From Clostridiaceae bacterium (GTDB taxonomy: Bacteria; Bacillota; Clostridia; Acetivibrionales; DULL01), in assembly GCA_012840395.1 (NCBI GenBank), contig DULL01000018.1, forward strand, positions 5,072 to 69,071: DNA of 64,000 nucleotides, read 5' to 3'. Position numbers and translations under genes: made by a program. Below are positions 20,469 through 31,176 of this stretch, in pieces. Positions within the stretch are counted from its first letter, which is position 1. Each line of letters opens with the position of its first letter. The notes under the pieces are model-generated. The model worked only from the letters and a program-made list of their open reading frames with translations, did no database searches and was not told the DNA's origin.

Positions 20469-21257
20469 CTATACTACTTTACTGCATTCGCAATTGAAAT
20501 TGTTTATATCTATATTCTTTATCATCCCGAATAAAAGGATTTTAAGCTTATCATTATTATCATTAAAAACTTTTATTACTTCTTCATGTGTAACCGGAGT
20601 AATATCATCTCTTCCTTCAAGGCCAACATCATAATCAGTTATTAGCGCAATATTTACATAACAGATCCCAAGCTCACGGGCAAGATAACCTTCAGGATAT
20701 TGAGTCATATTTATAGTATCCCATCCCATTTTGCTGAACCAACGGCTTTCTGCCACTGTGGAAAAACGTGGTCCCTGAATGACAACAACAGTACCCTTTT
20801 CATGGATGGGAATATTAAGGGATCTTCCCGTCTCAATGGCAATTTTGCGAAGTTCAGGACAATATGGATAAGCTGCGCTCGGATGTTTTGTCTCCGGACC
20901 ATCAAAGAATGTATCTTTCCGGCCGCTTGTTCTGTCCACAAACTGGTCAGTAATTACGAAATCCCCTGGCTTTATATGCGGTTGCAGGCTTCCTGAAGCA
21001 GTGGGCCCAATTATTCTTTTTACTCCCAGCTGTTTCATGGCATATAAATTTGCCCTGTAAGGTATCATGTGCGGAGGATATTGATGGTTTTTCCCATGAC
21101 GGGGTATGAAAGCAACAGTTTTACCTTCATATTTTCCAATTGCAATTGGGGCGCTGGGTTTGCCATAAGGGGTGTCCATTTCAATTTCTTCTACATTACT
21201 CAAAAAAGAATAAAAGCCTGAACCTCCAAATACACCGATATCTGCTTTATATTCCAT
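20469..21257 (-). CDS. mtnP: S-methyl-5'-thioadenosine phosphorylase
   Basis: It is a PNP/MTAP family protein (GVFGGSGFY..., FIPRHGKNH, INMTQYPE). Confidence 0.9.
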   Translation of the reverse strand: MEYKADIGVFGGSGFYSFLSNVEEIEMDTPYGKPSAPIAIGKYEGKTVAFIPRHGKNHQYPPHMIPYRANLYAMKQLGVKRIIGPTASGSLQPHIKPGDFVITDQFVDRTSGRKDTFFDGPETKHPSAAYPYCPELRKIAIETGRSLNIPIHEKGTVVVIQGPRFSTVAESRWFSKMGWDTINMTQYPEGYLARELGICYVNIALITDYDVGLEGRDDITPVTHEEVIKVFNDNNDKLKILLFGMIKNIDINNFNCECSKVV

Positions 21258-21557
21258 TATAATACCTCCTAATAATAGTTTAATTATTATATAGATTTAA
21301 CAGCATGATTGAACAACACTTTTGATATCTTTATGCATTATTGCTTTATTAATTACTCAAAAAGCTTTTTCAAAGAAAAATCATAATAATTATATTATAA
21401 TTTATCCAATTTTTAAACAAATACAATGAAGGTAACTCAGAAAAGAGTATATAGTGATAAAGTGTATATGCAGAAATAAAAGAATGTAACAAGAAAAAAC
21501 CTTTAATAGTTTTTAACAGCATAAATTTTGGAAATTATATATGAAGGAGGTATTAAT

Positions 21558-21917
21558 ATGGCCGGTAAAAATAGAAAAAAGGACAAGAATCATGACAAGA
21601 ATTATAATGAAAAAAATTATTTAGAAATTATCAGCAAAAAAATAGATGCACTATCACTTAGTATGGAGAAATCCAGAATTTCAGACTATATAAATTATCT
21701 TGAAAACCCCAGGAAATTGATTTTTGCAAATTTTATAAGCGGTGTTGCCAGGGGATTTGGAATAGCGGTAGGTTTCTCCCTCCTTGGAGCTATAGGTCTT
21801 TATTTGCTTCGAAAAATAGTGATGTTGAATCTACCAGTTATAGGAGATTTTATTGCAGACATTGTGAATATTGTGCAGGATAATTTAAGTAGGAGTGGAG
21901 GGAAGATAGGATTATGA
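21558..21917 (+). CDS. Small membrane protein, DUF5665-like (function unknown)
   Basis: The N-terminus is lysine-rich and is followed by a hydrophobic core (ANFISGVARGFGIAVGFSLLGAIGLYLL). ATG at 21558 follows GAAGGAGG. Confidence 0.5.
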   Translation: MAGKNRKKDKNHDKNYNEKNYLEIISKKIDALSLSMEKSRISDYINYLENPRKLIFANFISGVARGFGIAVGFSLLGAIGLYLLRKIVMLNLPVIGDFIADIVNIVQDNLSRSGGKIGL

Positions 21918-22045
21918 ATTTTTCCTTTTGTCCTGCCCAATTGCCCTTTGGAGCTTGATAAAATCTTGTTTTCATTTTATAATCTGGGTGTTTAATGTTG
22001 TCTGTTGAATTTTTAATCAAATTATTTTATAAAAGGCTTATTATT

Positions 22046-22726
22046 ATGAAATATAAAAATGTAAAAGAAGCAAAATTTATTTTCCGGCCAAACAGATTTT
22101 TGGCCAATATAGAAATTAACGGCAAATCTGAATTATGCCGTGTGAAAAACACAGGACGGTGTAAAGAACTGCTAATCCCGGGGACAAAAATATATGTTCA
22201 GGAGACCGATAATCAATTACGTAAGACAAAATATGATTTAATAACGGTGTGTAAAGGCAATAGGCTTGTTAATATAGACAGTCAGGCACCTAATAAGGTA
22301 TTCTATGATTGGGTATGTGAAAGCAATTATTTCGATGAAATTGTTCTGATAAAACCTGAATCCAGATATGGAAACTCCCGGTTTGATTTTTATATAGAAA
22401 CTTCTTCAAGAAAGCTATTTGCAGAGGTTAAAGGAGTAACGCTGGAGGAAGAGGGTGTGGTACTTTTCCCGGACGCACCAACTGAAAGAGGAATAAAGCA
22501 CATTAATGAACTATGCCAGTGCATGAAAGATGGATACGAAGCTTATATGGTATTTATTGTGCAGATGGAAAATGTATTGTATTTTACACCTAACAGAAAA
22601 ACCCATAAGGCTTTCGGAGATGCTTTAAGAGAGGCAGAGAAAGCCGGTCTTCATATTCTTGCCCTTGATTGCAAAGTTACAGAAGATTCAATTGTAGCAA
22701 AAGACTTTGTAAATGTGAGGATATAA
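22046..22726 (+). CDS. sfsA: Sugar fermentation stimulation protein SfsA (nuclease-fold DNA-binding protein)
   Basis: The N-terminus is typical of SfsA (FIFRPNRFLANIEINGK...CRVKNTGRCKELL), as is the length. Confidence 0.85.
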   Translation: MKYKNVKEAKFIFRPNRFLANIEINGKSELCRVKNTGRCKELLIPGTKIYVQETDNQLRKTKYDLITVCKGNRLVNIDSQAPNKVFYDWVCESNYFDEIVLIKPESRYGNSRFDFYIETSSRKLFAEVKGVTLEEEGVVLFPDAPTERGIKHINELCQCMKDGYEAYMVFIVQMENVLYFTPNRKTHKAFGDALREAEKAGLHILALDCKVTEDSIVAKDFVNVRI

Positions 22727-22849
22727 CAGCTCAGCTAAAAACAACCTTTTGCGCCTGGCTAAGCCGGCATAATAGTTTACTTAATTATATTGCGTATCAT
22801 ATTGACTATAAAATTACTTATATAAAAGAATCCATAAGGAGGGTTGTCT

Positions 22850-23638
22850 ATGAAGAATGTAGTAATAACCGGCAGCACGAGGGGCTTAGGTTTTTATATG
22901 GCTAAAGAATTCTTGCGGTCCGGATGCAGAGTTACACTGTCCGGCCGGGGTGAAGCTTTATCAGATGCGGCATGTACTGAGCTTTTACCATATAAAGATA
23001 AATATATCTATATTCCATGTAACGTCCAGGAAAAAACAAGTCTGCAAAATCTCTGGGATGCTTCTATGAAGCGGTGGGGCCATATAGATATATGGATTAA
23101 TAATGCGGGACAAAACGTGCCACACCTGTTATCCTGGGAAACGGGCGAAACTTATACTGAAAATGTCATTAAGACCAATATTACCGGCGTGATATATGGT
23201 TCTCAAATTGCCGCGGCAGGAATGCTGAAACAAGGCCATGGCGCAATCTATAGCATGGAAGGTTTAGGCTCCAACAATATGATACAGCCTAAGACAATCC
23301 TTTACGGTACCACCAAACACGCATTAACGTACTTTATGAAAGGACTGGCCAGGGAACTTGTGGGTACTGGCGTTATAGCAGGGCGGTTGTCACCCGGTAT
23401 GATGCTCACCGATTTCATTACCAAAACACCTGATGGAGATCAGTCGGAGGTTATATCGGACGAAAAGTTTAAAAAGATATTTAATATACTGGCAGATAAA
23501 CCAGAAACAGTTGCAGAATTTTTTGTACCCAGAATACTCAGCAACACAAAAAATGATGTTCAAATCGCCTGGTTGACAAACAAAAAGGCGGCCTGGCGTT
23601 TTATCACCGGAGGCTTTAGAAAAAGAAAACTAATTTGA
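22850..23638 (+). CDS. Short-chain dehydrogenase/reductase family oxidoreductase
   Basis: It carries the cofactor motif TGSTRGLG and the catalytic YGTTK (YxxxK). Confidence 0.85.
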   Translation: MKNVVITGSTRGLGFYMAKEFLRSGCRVTLSGRGEALSDAACTELLPYKDKYIYIPCNVQEKTSLQNLWDASMKRWGHIDIWINNAGQNVPHLLSWETGETYTENVIKTNITGVIYGSQIAAAGMLKQGHGAIYSMEGLGSNNMIQPKTILYGTTKHALTYFMKGLARELVGTGVIAGRLSPGMMLTDFITKTPDGDQSEVISDEKFKKIFNILADKPETVAEFFVPRILSNTKNDVQIAWLTNKKAAWRFITGGFRKRKLI

Positions 23639-23664
23639 AGAGCTGAAATATTAATAAAATAGTC

Positions 23665-23702
23665 GAAAACGACCCTCATCTCGTTTGATGCGGGTCGTTT
23701 TC
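23665..23702. terminator. Bidirectional terminator between the SDR gene and cotJC
   Basis: An 11-bp stem (GAAAACGACCC / GGGTCGTTTTC) has A/T runs that serve both strands. Confidence 0.8.
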
Positions 23703-23708
23703 AAAGTA

Positions 23709-24299
23709 TTACTTTCCCGGCTTCTTTACAAAGAACTTCTTTTGTGCCAGTTTTTCCTCCACTATTCTTAAAGCCTCTCCAAACCTTTGAAAATGAACAA
23801 CCTCTCTCTCTCTGAGGAATCTAAGAGGGTCAATTACGTCAGGGTCGTCTGCCAGATTTATCAGGTTTTCATAAGTGGCTCTTGCCTTTTGCTCTGCAGC
23901 GAGATCTTCTATCAAGTCAGCAATAGGATCACCTTTTGACTGAATATAAGCTGCAGTAAAAGGATTTCCAGCTGCGCTCATGGGGTAAACAGCGTGATCA
24001 TGATCTGCGTAATAGTCACCAAGTCCTTCCTTTTCCATAATATGGGCAGGGACATCTCTGGTAAGCTGGTGTACCATGGTACCTACCATTTCCAAATGGG
24101 CTAATTCTTCAGTGCCTATATCATTCAATATTGCTCTGGCTTCCTCTGTGGGCATACTGAACCTTTGGCTCAGATACCTGAGAGAAGCAGCCAGTTCCCC
24201 ATCCGGACCGCCATACTGAGTAATTATATATTTCGCCATTCTAGGATTCGGATTTTTTATTCTAACAGGATATTCTAACTTTTTATCATATATCCACAT
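23709..24299 (-). CDS. cotJC: Spore coat protein CotJC (manganese catalase family)
   Basis: The N-terminus is MWIYDKKLEYPV and di-metal ligand regions are present (EELAHLEM, REREVVHFQRF). Confidence 0.9.
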   Translation of the reverse strand: MWIYDKKLEYPVRIKNPNPRMAKYIITQYGGPDGELAASLRYLSQRFSMPTEEARAILNDIGTEELAHLEMVGTMVHQLTRDVPAHIMEKEGLGDYYADHDHAVYPMSAAGNPFTAAYIQSKGDPIADLIEDLAAEQKARATYENLINLADDPDVIDPLRFLREREVVHFQRFGEALRIVEEKLAQKKFFVKKPGK

Positions 24300-24516
24300 A
24301 GTTAACCGCTAATGTAAAACTTTAACAAATTACTATCCTTATTTGAACTTTTTGAATTAATATTAAGTTTTACAGTAACGGCTTCACCTCCATTTCATTA
24401 TAAATTTATTGGATTTTAACATTTTGGAATTCCATTACCATTTATATGACTTTCAACCTTTCACAGCAAAGGTCCTGCCTTTAAAACTATATTGTTTTAT
24501 ATATTTTAATATGACT

Positions 24517-24780
24517 TTAATAAATCTGCCATGGCCACGGGCTGTTTATCCATTTCCAGACATTTCTGTTGGATGGAGTGTGTATGGTTAATGGCCCGTA
24601 CATTCTTTCATAAGTCTCTCTAAGCATTTTTGCTTTCTGAAGGTTGCTGTTAAAAAGAGCTATCGCTTCCTGGTCTGTAGGATGAGTATCAAGGTAAAGA
24701 CCCAGTTCTATAAGAGTAAAATCTGCTGCCATAAGTTCCCGAAGCAAATTATCATGTTGGTAATTTCGTTGATAGTTCAT
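24517..24780 (-). CDS. cotJB: Spore coat protein CotJB
   Basis: The 87-aa protein has the CotJB-typical sequence (LRELMAADFTLIELGLYLDTHP) and lies between cotJA and cotJC. Confidence 0.85.
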   Translation of the reverse strand: MNYQRNYQHDNLLRELMAADFTLIELGLYLDTHPTDQEAIALFNSNLQKAKMLRETYERMYGPLTIHTPSNRNVWKWINSPWPWQIY

Positions 24781-24872
24781 AATTCACCACCATTCCGCCG
24801 ATGTACCGGCAAATTATTTTTAATTGTATTGCTGATTACCCAATTAAGCATCAGATAATCTAAAGTTATTGT

Positions 24873-25082
24873 TTATGCGTCTACAGTATATTCAGGGTCG
24901 GTACCGTAGGGCGCGTCTAATTCCGGGAATATAGTTCCTTTACATAACCCAACCATAGGTGGATATATGTCTGAAAGAACCTGATATGGCACATATGCAT
25001 GAGCATATATAGCCTCTGCAGGACATTTGGATAAAGGATATTGTATTTCGCCTACCATATTCATAGGATAATTCTTCATCAT
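24873..25082 (-). CDS. cotJA: Spore coat-associated protein CotJA
   Basis: The 69-aa protein contains YVPYQ...GTIFPELDAPY and is the first gene of the cotJ operon. Confidence 0.8.
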   Translation of the reverse strand: MMKNYPMNMVGEIQYPLSKCPAEAIYAHAYVPYQVLSDIYPPMVGLCKGTIFPELDAPYGTDPEYTVDA

Positions 25083-25303
25083 GTTCCCTCCAATTTATTA
25101 TTCATTAATATAATATTCCGGTTGACGTAATGTGGTTCATAATGTAAACGAATTTGTTAAGTACCAAGTAATTTTTATTTAATAAAATTATTTATTTGGT
25201 CAATAATTATAATAATCAGGCAAAAACAATATAAATTTTCATAATAAAACAAATATAGACAATAAACCTGAAATATGATATTCTGAATTTAAATTAATAA
25301 GTA

Positions 25304-25426
25304 CCTTTAATTAGTCCAGAGAGGCTGGAAGGAAACGAAATTTATATTATTTATAAATATATTATGGAAATTTTGTTCGATTAGGTTAATACACTGTCTT
25401 CTTGCTGACTGGCAAGAAGTTTTTTC
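25304..25426 (+). promoter_or_regulatory. PyrR-binding attenuator (binding loop plus terminator) of the pyr operon
   Basis: The PyrR recognition sequence AGTCCAGAGAGGCT sits in a hairpin (CCTT...AAGG) at 25304-25333. A downstream terminator (CTTCTTGC/GCAAGAAG plus TTTTTT) is at 25398-25426. Confidence 0.85.
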
Positions 25427-25489
25427 ATATTTAGGGTATACTTTTCAGAGTATACTTTCCTATATGCAAAAAAAGCTTTTAGGAGGTGA

Positions 25490-26044
<555 letters not shown>

Positions 26045-26120
26045 TAACCGTCAAGGATCAGACTTAATTTTCAGAAGAGGAAAAAAGTAAGGCACCTTAA
26101 AAAAAGGATGGAGAGTTAAT

Positions 26121-27059
26121 ATGAAACTAATTTCAAAAGATATACTAGGTCTAAAGGATATGTCTCCGGAAGAAATTGAATACATATTGGATACTGCAAA
26201 AACCATGAAACTGATATTAATGTCAAAAAATAAAAAAACGCCCCATCTTCAAGGAAAATCAATAGTAACACTTTTTTATGAAAACAGTACAAGGACAAGG
26301 CTTTCTTTCGAACTGGCTTCAAAATACATGGGTGCCAGTTCAGCCAATATTGCGTCTTCAAGCAGCAGTGTGGCAAAAGGGGAAACACTTATAGACACAG
26401 GCAAAACCATCAATATGATGGGAGCGGATATAGTTATCATAAGACATCCTATGGCTGGTGCTCCACATTTACTGGCGAAAAATGTAGAGGCTTCTGTAAT
26501 AAACGCAGGTGACGGAATGAATGAACATCCCACCCAGGCTCTTCTCGATATTTTTACCATAAGAGAGAAGAAAGGAAGCCTGAAGGGGTTAAAGATAGCA
26601 ATTATCGGAGACATATACCATAGCAGAGTGGCAAGAAGTAATATATGGGGTATGTTAAAGTTAGGTGCTGAAGTTTATGTAGCAGGGCCGACAACCATGT
26701 TGCCACCTCAGTTAGAAAAAACTGGCGTTAAAGTTTACAATACCATACATGAGGCTATTATTGACGTAGATGTAATAATAGGGCTCAGAATACAAAAAGA
26801 AAGACAAAAAAGCGGTTTATTCCCTTCAATAAGAGAATATTCCAGATTTTTCGGGCTGGATGATAAACGGTTAAAGTTTGCCAAAGAAGATGTCCTTATT
26901 CTGCATCCTGGCCCCGTTAACAGAGGTATCGAAATGACCTCTTCAATCATTGACGGAGACCAATCTTTGATTAATGAGCAGGTAACCAACGGAGTAGCTG
27001 TAAGAATGGCTTTAATGTACCTGTTAACAAGGAGGAAAAATGATGGCACTTTTAATTAA
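26121..27059 (+). CDS. pyrB: Aspartate carbamoyltransferase catalytic subunit
   Basis: The STRTR, HPTQ and HPGP motifs are all present. Confidence 0.95.
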   Translation: MKLISKDILGLKDMSPEEIEYILDTAKTMKLILMSKNKKTPHLQGKSIVTLFYENSTRTRLSFELASKYMGASSANIASSSSSVAKGETLIDTGKTINMMGADIVIIRHPMAGAPHLLAKNVEASVINAGDGMNEHPTQALLDIFTIREKKGSLKGLKIAIIGDIYHSRVARSNIWGMLKLGAEVYVAGPTTMLPPQLEKTGVKVYNTIHEAIIDVDVIIGLRIQKERQKSGLFPSIREYSRFFGLDDKRLKFAKEDVLILHPGPVNRGIEMTSSIIDGDQSLINEQVTNGVAVRMALMYLLTRRKNDGTFN

Positions 27060-28329
27060 AAACGGACACGTTATTGATCCAAAATCCGGATTGGATGAAG
27101 TTCTTGACATAATGATTGAGAACGATAAAATAACCGAAATAGGCAAAGATTTAACTCTTACAAACGGAGATTTAATTGATGCAGAAGGGAAATATGTTAT
27201 ACCTGGTTTGGTTGATGCTCATTGCCATCTGAGAGATCCGGGATTTGAGTACAAGGAAGATATTGAAAGCGGAACAGCCAGTGCTGCAGTGGGAGGATTT
27301 ACATCTGTCGCATGTATGCCTAATACAAATCCGGTAATTGATAATGAAGCAATGGTAAAATACATATTAAATAAAGGAATTCAGGATGGCTATGTTAATG
27401 TATACCCCATAGGAGCAGTCACCAAAGGGCAAAAAGGTGAAGAACTTGCTGAAATTGGAGAACTGAAATTTGCAGGGGCTGTTGCACTATCTGATGACGG
27501 ACATCCGATTAAAAGTTCTTCATTAATGAAAAAAGCTCTTCAATATGCATCCATGTTTGATATTACAATAATTTCTCATTGCGAAGACCTTGATTTGGCA
27601 GAGGAAGGAGTAATGAATGAAGGATACCAGTCCACCATAATGGGGTTAAAAGGCATACCTTCAGCAGCTGAGGAAATAATGGTAGCCAGAGATATAATAC
27701 TGGCTGAATATACCAAGGTTCCTATACATATCGCACATGTAAGTACTGAACTTTCTGTTGATTTAATAAGGAATGCAAAAAGAAGGGGAGTTAAAGTTAC
27801 CGCGGAAACGTGCCCTCATTATTTTACTCTTACTGATGAAGCTTGCGAAGGTTTTAATACCAATGCAAAGGTTAACCCACCCTTAAGGACTAAAAAAGAT
27901 GTTGAGGCAATAATAGAAGGCCTCCGGGACGGAACCATAGATATAATAGCTACAGATCACGCGCCTCACCATATTGATGAAAAAAATGTTGAATTCAATC
28001 TTGCCGCTAACGGAATAGTGGGATTGGAAACAGCCCTTCCCCTTGCAATTACATATCTTGTTAAGCCAGGTATATTGTCTTTGAATATGCTTGTGGAAAA
28101 AATGTGTCTGAACCCTTCCAGGATTTTGGGGTTGAACAAGGGAACAATACAGGTAGGGAAAACCGCTGATATTACAATTATAGACCCTAATGAAGAATAT
28201 ATTGTTGAAGTTAAAAAATTCAAATCAAAGAGTAAGAATTCTCCCTACAATGGATATAAACTATTTGGAAGGGTGATTTATACAATTGTTGGCGGAAATG
28301 TAGTAGTAAGAGAAAAAGTTTTGCTATAA
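27040..28329 (+). CDS. pyrC: Dihydroorotase
   Basis: It has the metal-binding motif [10 protein letters not shown] and an amidohydrolase fold. It overlaps the end of pyrB. Confidence 0.95.
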   Translation: MMALLIKNGHVIDPKSGLDEVLDIMIENDKITEIGKDLTLTNGDLIDAEGKYVIPGLVDAHCHLRDPGFEYKEDIESGTASAAVGGFTSVACMPNTNPVIDNEAMVKYILNKGIQDGYVNVYPIGAVTKGQKGEELAEIGELKFAGAVALSDDGHPIKSSSLMKKALQYASMFDITIISHCEDLDLAEEGVMNEGYQSTIMGLKGIPSAAEEIMVARDIILAEYTKVPIHIAHVSTELSVDLIRNAKRRGVKVTAETCPHYFTLTDEACEGFNTNAKVNPPLRTKKDVEAIIEGLRDGTIDIIATDHAPHHIDEKNVEFNLAANGIVGLETALPLAITYLVKPGILSLNMLVEKMCLNPSRILGLNKGTIQVGKTADITIIDPNEEYIVEVKKFKSKSKNSPYNGYKLFGRVIYTIVGGNVVVREKVLL

Positions 28330-28339
28330 GGAGACAGGT

Positions 28340-29299
28340 ATGTTTGTAGATAAGCTGATAAAGAAAATAATTGAAAAGAATAATCCTACAATTGTTGGAT
28401 TAGACCCTAAAGTTGAATATGTTCCTTCTTTTATAAAAGAAAATGCATTCAAAGAATACGGACGTAATTTAAAGGGTGCTGCTGAGGCAATTCTTGCCTT
28501 TAATAAGGCTATTATAGATGCAATTTACGATGTGGTGCCTGCAGTAAAACCCCAGATTGCTTATTACGAAATGTATGGAATAGAAGGTATAAGAGTATTT
28601 TATGAAACAATTCAGTATGCCAGAAGTAAGGATCTCCTGGTAGTTGCAGACGGTAAAAGGAATGACATAGGAAGTACTGCCGAAGCCTACTCTTCTGCTT
28701 TCCTTGGCAAGACATCCATTGATGGAACAGTTTCAGAGACGGTTTTTGATGTGGATGCACTGACAGTAAATCTGTATCTTGGATATGACGGAATCAAGCC
28801 TTTTATTGAAGATTGCAAGAAATATGGGAAAGGTATTTTTCTGCTTGTTAAGACTTCTAACAAATCCTCCGGACAGATACAGGACTTGCTTACTCATCAA
28901 GGTAAAAGCATTTATGAAGTAGTAGCTGAGCATATTGAAGAATGGGGGGAATGCATCAGGGGTGAATTTGGCTATAGCAGTGTGGGAGCTGTTGTAGGTG
29001 CTACTTACCCCAATCAGGCCAAAATACTGAGAAAAATTATGAAACATGCATATTTATTAGTGCCTGGCTATGGCGCCCAAGGAGGTACTTCAAGGGATGT
29101 TGTCCATTGTTTTAACTCTGATGGCTTAGGAGCTATAGTTAATGCTTCCCGTAGTGTTATATGTGCTTACCAGAATAGCAAATGGAATGGAATATATAGT
29201 GAGAAAGATTTTGCTCAGGCTGCCAGAGCTGAAGTATTAGAGATGAAAGAACAGATAAATAATGCCATATGCGAAGAAAGAGAGCGCAGGTGCATGTAA
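28340..29299 (+). CDS. pyrF: Orotidine-5'-phosphate decarboxylase (long, type 2 form)
   Basis: The catalytic motif ADGKRNDIGST is present. At 319 aa it matches the long PyrF subfamily. Confidence 0.9.
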   Translation: MFVDKLIKKIIEKNNPTIVGLDPKVEYVPSFIKENAFKEYGRNLKGAAEAILAFNKAIIDAIYDVVPAVKPQIAYYEMYGIEGIRVFYETIQYARSKDLLVVADGKRNDIGSTAEAYSSAFLGKTSIDGTVSETVFDVDALTVNLYLGYDGIKPFIEDCKKYGKGIFLLVKTSNKSSGQIQDLLTHQGKSIYEVVAEHIEEWGECIRGEFGYSSVGAVVGATYPNQAKILRKIMKHAYLLVPGYGAQGGTSRDVVHCFNSDGLGAIVNASRSVICAYQNSKWNGIYSEKDFAQAARAEVLEMKEQINNAICEERERRCM

Positions 29300-29301
29300 C
29301 T

Positions 29302-30111
29302 ATGTCCAGACATATTAAGGGAAAAATAATATCTGTAGAAAAAGTAGTTCCTGATATTTATAAAATGACGGTGGAATCCCCTTATATCTCTCAGAATGCC
29401 AAGCCTGGGCAGTTTATAAATATTAGATGCAGTGAAGGCCTTGATATGATACTTAGAAGGCCAATAAGCATTGCGGGAGCAGACAAGCTTAAAAATACTT
29501 TTGATATTTACTACCAGATTCGGGGGACAGGAACCAAATGCCTTTCCAGAAAAAAGGCAGGAGAGGAAGTAGATATCATTGGACCTGTAGGTAATTCCTT
29601 TGATATTTTTAATGAATATACCAATATCGCAGTTGTAGGCGGAGGTATTGGCATATTTCCCCTGTATTTTCTTCTTAAAGAAAAAACAGATGGAATGAAG
29701 ACCGCATTTCTCGGTTTCAGAGACAAGGAGCATATTGTTTTGGAAGATGAATTTAATGAAGCAGCTGATAAGCTGATTCTTACAACTGATGATGGCAGTG
29801 CGGGGAGAAAAGGTCTTGTTACACAAATGCTGGAAGAAGATCTTAAATTAAATAAATATGATATAATTTATACTTGCGGGCCATTGCCCATGATGAAAAA
29901 GGTAGTTCAACTGGCTGATATGTATAATATTAAGTGCCAGGTTTCAATGGAGCAGAGAATGGGCTGCGGAATAGGAGCCTGCCTTGTCTGTGCATGTAAA
30001 ATCAAGTTAAATAATGAAAGCCAGGATTGGGTTTATGGACATTTATGTAAGGATGGCCCGGTTTTCTGGAGCAATCAGGTGGTTTTGGAGGATTTTGAAG
30101 GAGAAAATTAG
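29302..30111 (+). CDS. pyrK: Dihydroorotate dehydrogenase electron-transfer subunit
   Basis: It has an FAD/NAD-binding fold and a C-terminal 2Fe-2S cysteine cluster (CGIGACLVCAC). ATG at 29302 lies just after the pyrF stop; the ORF-track start at 29269 overlaps pyrF. Confidence 0.9.
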   Translation: MSRHIKGKIISVEKVVPDIYKMTVESPYISQNAKPGQFINIRCSEGLDMILRRPISIAGADKLKNTFDIYYQIRGTGTKCLSRKKAGEEVDIIGPVGNSFDIFNEYTNIAVVGGGIGIFPLYFLLKEKTDGMKTAFLGFRDKEHIVLEDEFNEAADKLILTTDDGSAGRKGLVTQMLEEDLKLNKYDIIYTCGPLPMMKKVVQLADMYNIKCQVSMEQRMGCGIGACLVCACKIKLNNESQDWVYGHLCKDGPVFWSNQVVLEDFEGEN

Positions 30112-30117
30112 ACGGTT

Positions 30118-31035
30118 ATGGATAAAATTGATCTATCAATTGAAATTGCAGGTTTAAAACTTAAAAATCCGGTTATAGCAGCTTCCGGAACCTTTGGATT
30201 TGGAAGAGAATTTTCAAAGTATATTGACTTAAATGAACTTGGCGGCATATCTGTAAAAGGACTGACTCTGGAAGCAAGGCAAGGAAACGGGCCACCCAGG
30301 ATTGCAGAAACACCGTCTGGAATATTAAACAGTGTGGGGCTGCAGAATCCTGGAGTTGAGGAGTTTATAAAAAAAGAGATACCTTTTTTAAGAGAATATG
30401 ATCTTGCAATAATCGCCAATATTGCAGGAAATACTATAGAAGAATATTGTAAAATGGCTGAAATACTCAGTGAATGTGATGTTGATGCTCTTGAATTAAA
30501 CGTATCATGCCCTAATGTAAAACATGGCGGGGTGGCATTTGGTAATTCTGCCAGAGGCATTTCAGAAGTAACAAAAATGGTAAGGAAATGCTGTAAAAAA
30601 CCTTTAATAGTAAAACTAACTCCCAATGTAACAGATATTAAAGAAATTGCCAGGGCAGCAGAAGAAGAGGGGGCAGATGCCATATCATTGATTAATACCA
30701 TCCTGGGTATGGCTATAGATATTCATAAAAAAAGACCGGTTTTATCAAATAATATGGGAGGACTTTCAGGACCCGCCATAAGACCCATTGCTGTAAGGAT
30801 GGTATATGAGGCAGCCAGAACAGTTAATATACCCGTTATTGGAATGGGTGGAATCTGCAGCGGCGATGATGCTATTGAATTTATGCTGGCAGGCGCAAGT
30901 GCAGTTATGGTTGGAACAGCTAATTTTATGGATCCTGCAGCATGTTTGAATGTTATCCGGGGAATTAAGAATTACATGAAAATGCATGGACATAGCCGCC
31001 TTGACGAGATTATAGGCAAACTGAAATTAAATTAA
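30118..31035 (+). CDS. pyrD: Dihydroorotate dehydrogenase catalytic subunit (class 1B)
   Basis: It has the NVSCPN active-site region and FMN-binding GGI motifs, and is paired with pyrK. Confidence 0.95.
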   Translation: MDKIDLSIEIAGLKLKNPVIAASGTFGFGREFSKYIDLNELGGISVKGLTLEARQGNGPPRIAETPSGILNSVGLQNPGVEEFIKKEIPFLREYDLAIIANIAGNTIEEYCKMAEILSECDVDALELNVSCPNVKHGGVAFGNSARGISEVTKMVRKCCKKPLIVKLTPNVTDIKEIARAAEEEGADAISLINTILGMAIDIHKKRPVLSNNMGGLSGPAIRPIAVRMVYEAARTVNIPVIGMGGICSGDDAIEFMLAGASAVMVGTANFMDPAACLNVIRGIKNYMKMHGHSRLDEIIGKLKLN

Positions 31036-31176
31036 TCTTTTGTGTAAAACTGGATCATATACGTTATGAGAAAATATACATGTGACAGCACTTTACGAAA
31101 CTCATGTTATTGCTTTATAACACATATGACATAAAAGCAGACACAGAAAGTAAAACTAGGAACGGTGAATTAATTT

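Noticed and set aside
22669-22905. A 78-aa ORF bridging the sfsA 3' end and the SDR gene 5' end.
   Set aside because: It overlaps two supported genes in other frames and has no RBS.
24409-24591. A 60-aa + strand ORF in the cotJB-cotJC spacer.
   Set aside because: It is antisense to the cotJ operon and overlaps cotJB. It has no RBS and a hydrophobic, low-information translation.
26045-26120. A second PyrR attenuator between pyrR and pyrB, as occurs in the Bacillus subtilis pyr operon.
   Set aside because: No TCCAGAGAGG-type binding loop or terminator hairpin is visible in this 76-nt spacer.
29215-30701. Two long - strand ORFs (203 aa at 29215-29826 and 197 aa at 30108-30701) inside the pyr operon.
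   Set aside because: They are antisense to pyrK and pyrD, whose catalytic motifs are unambiguous. The translations are compositionally odd and have no start context.
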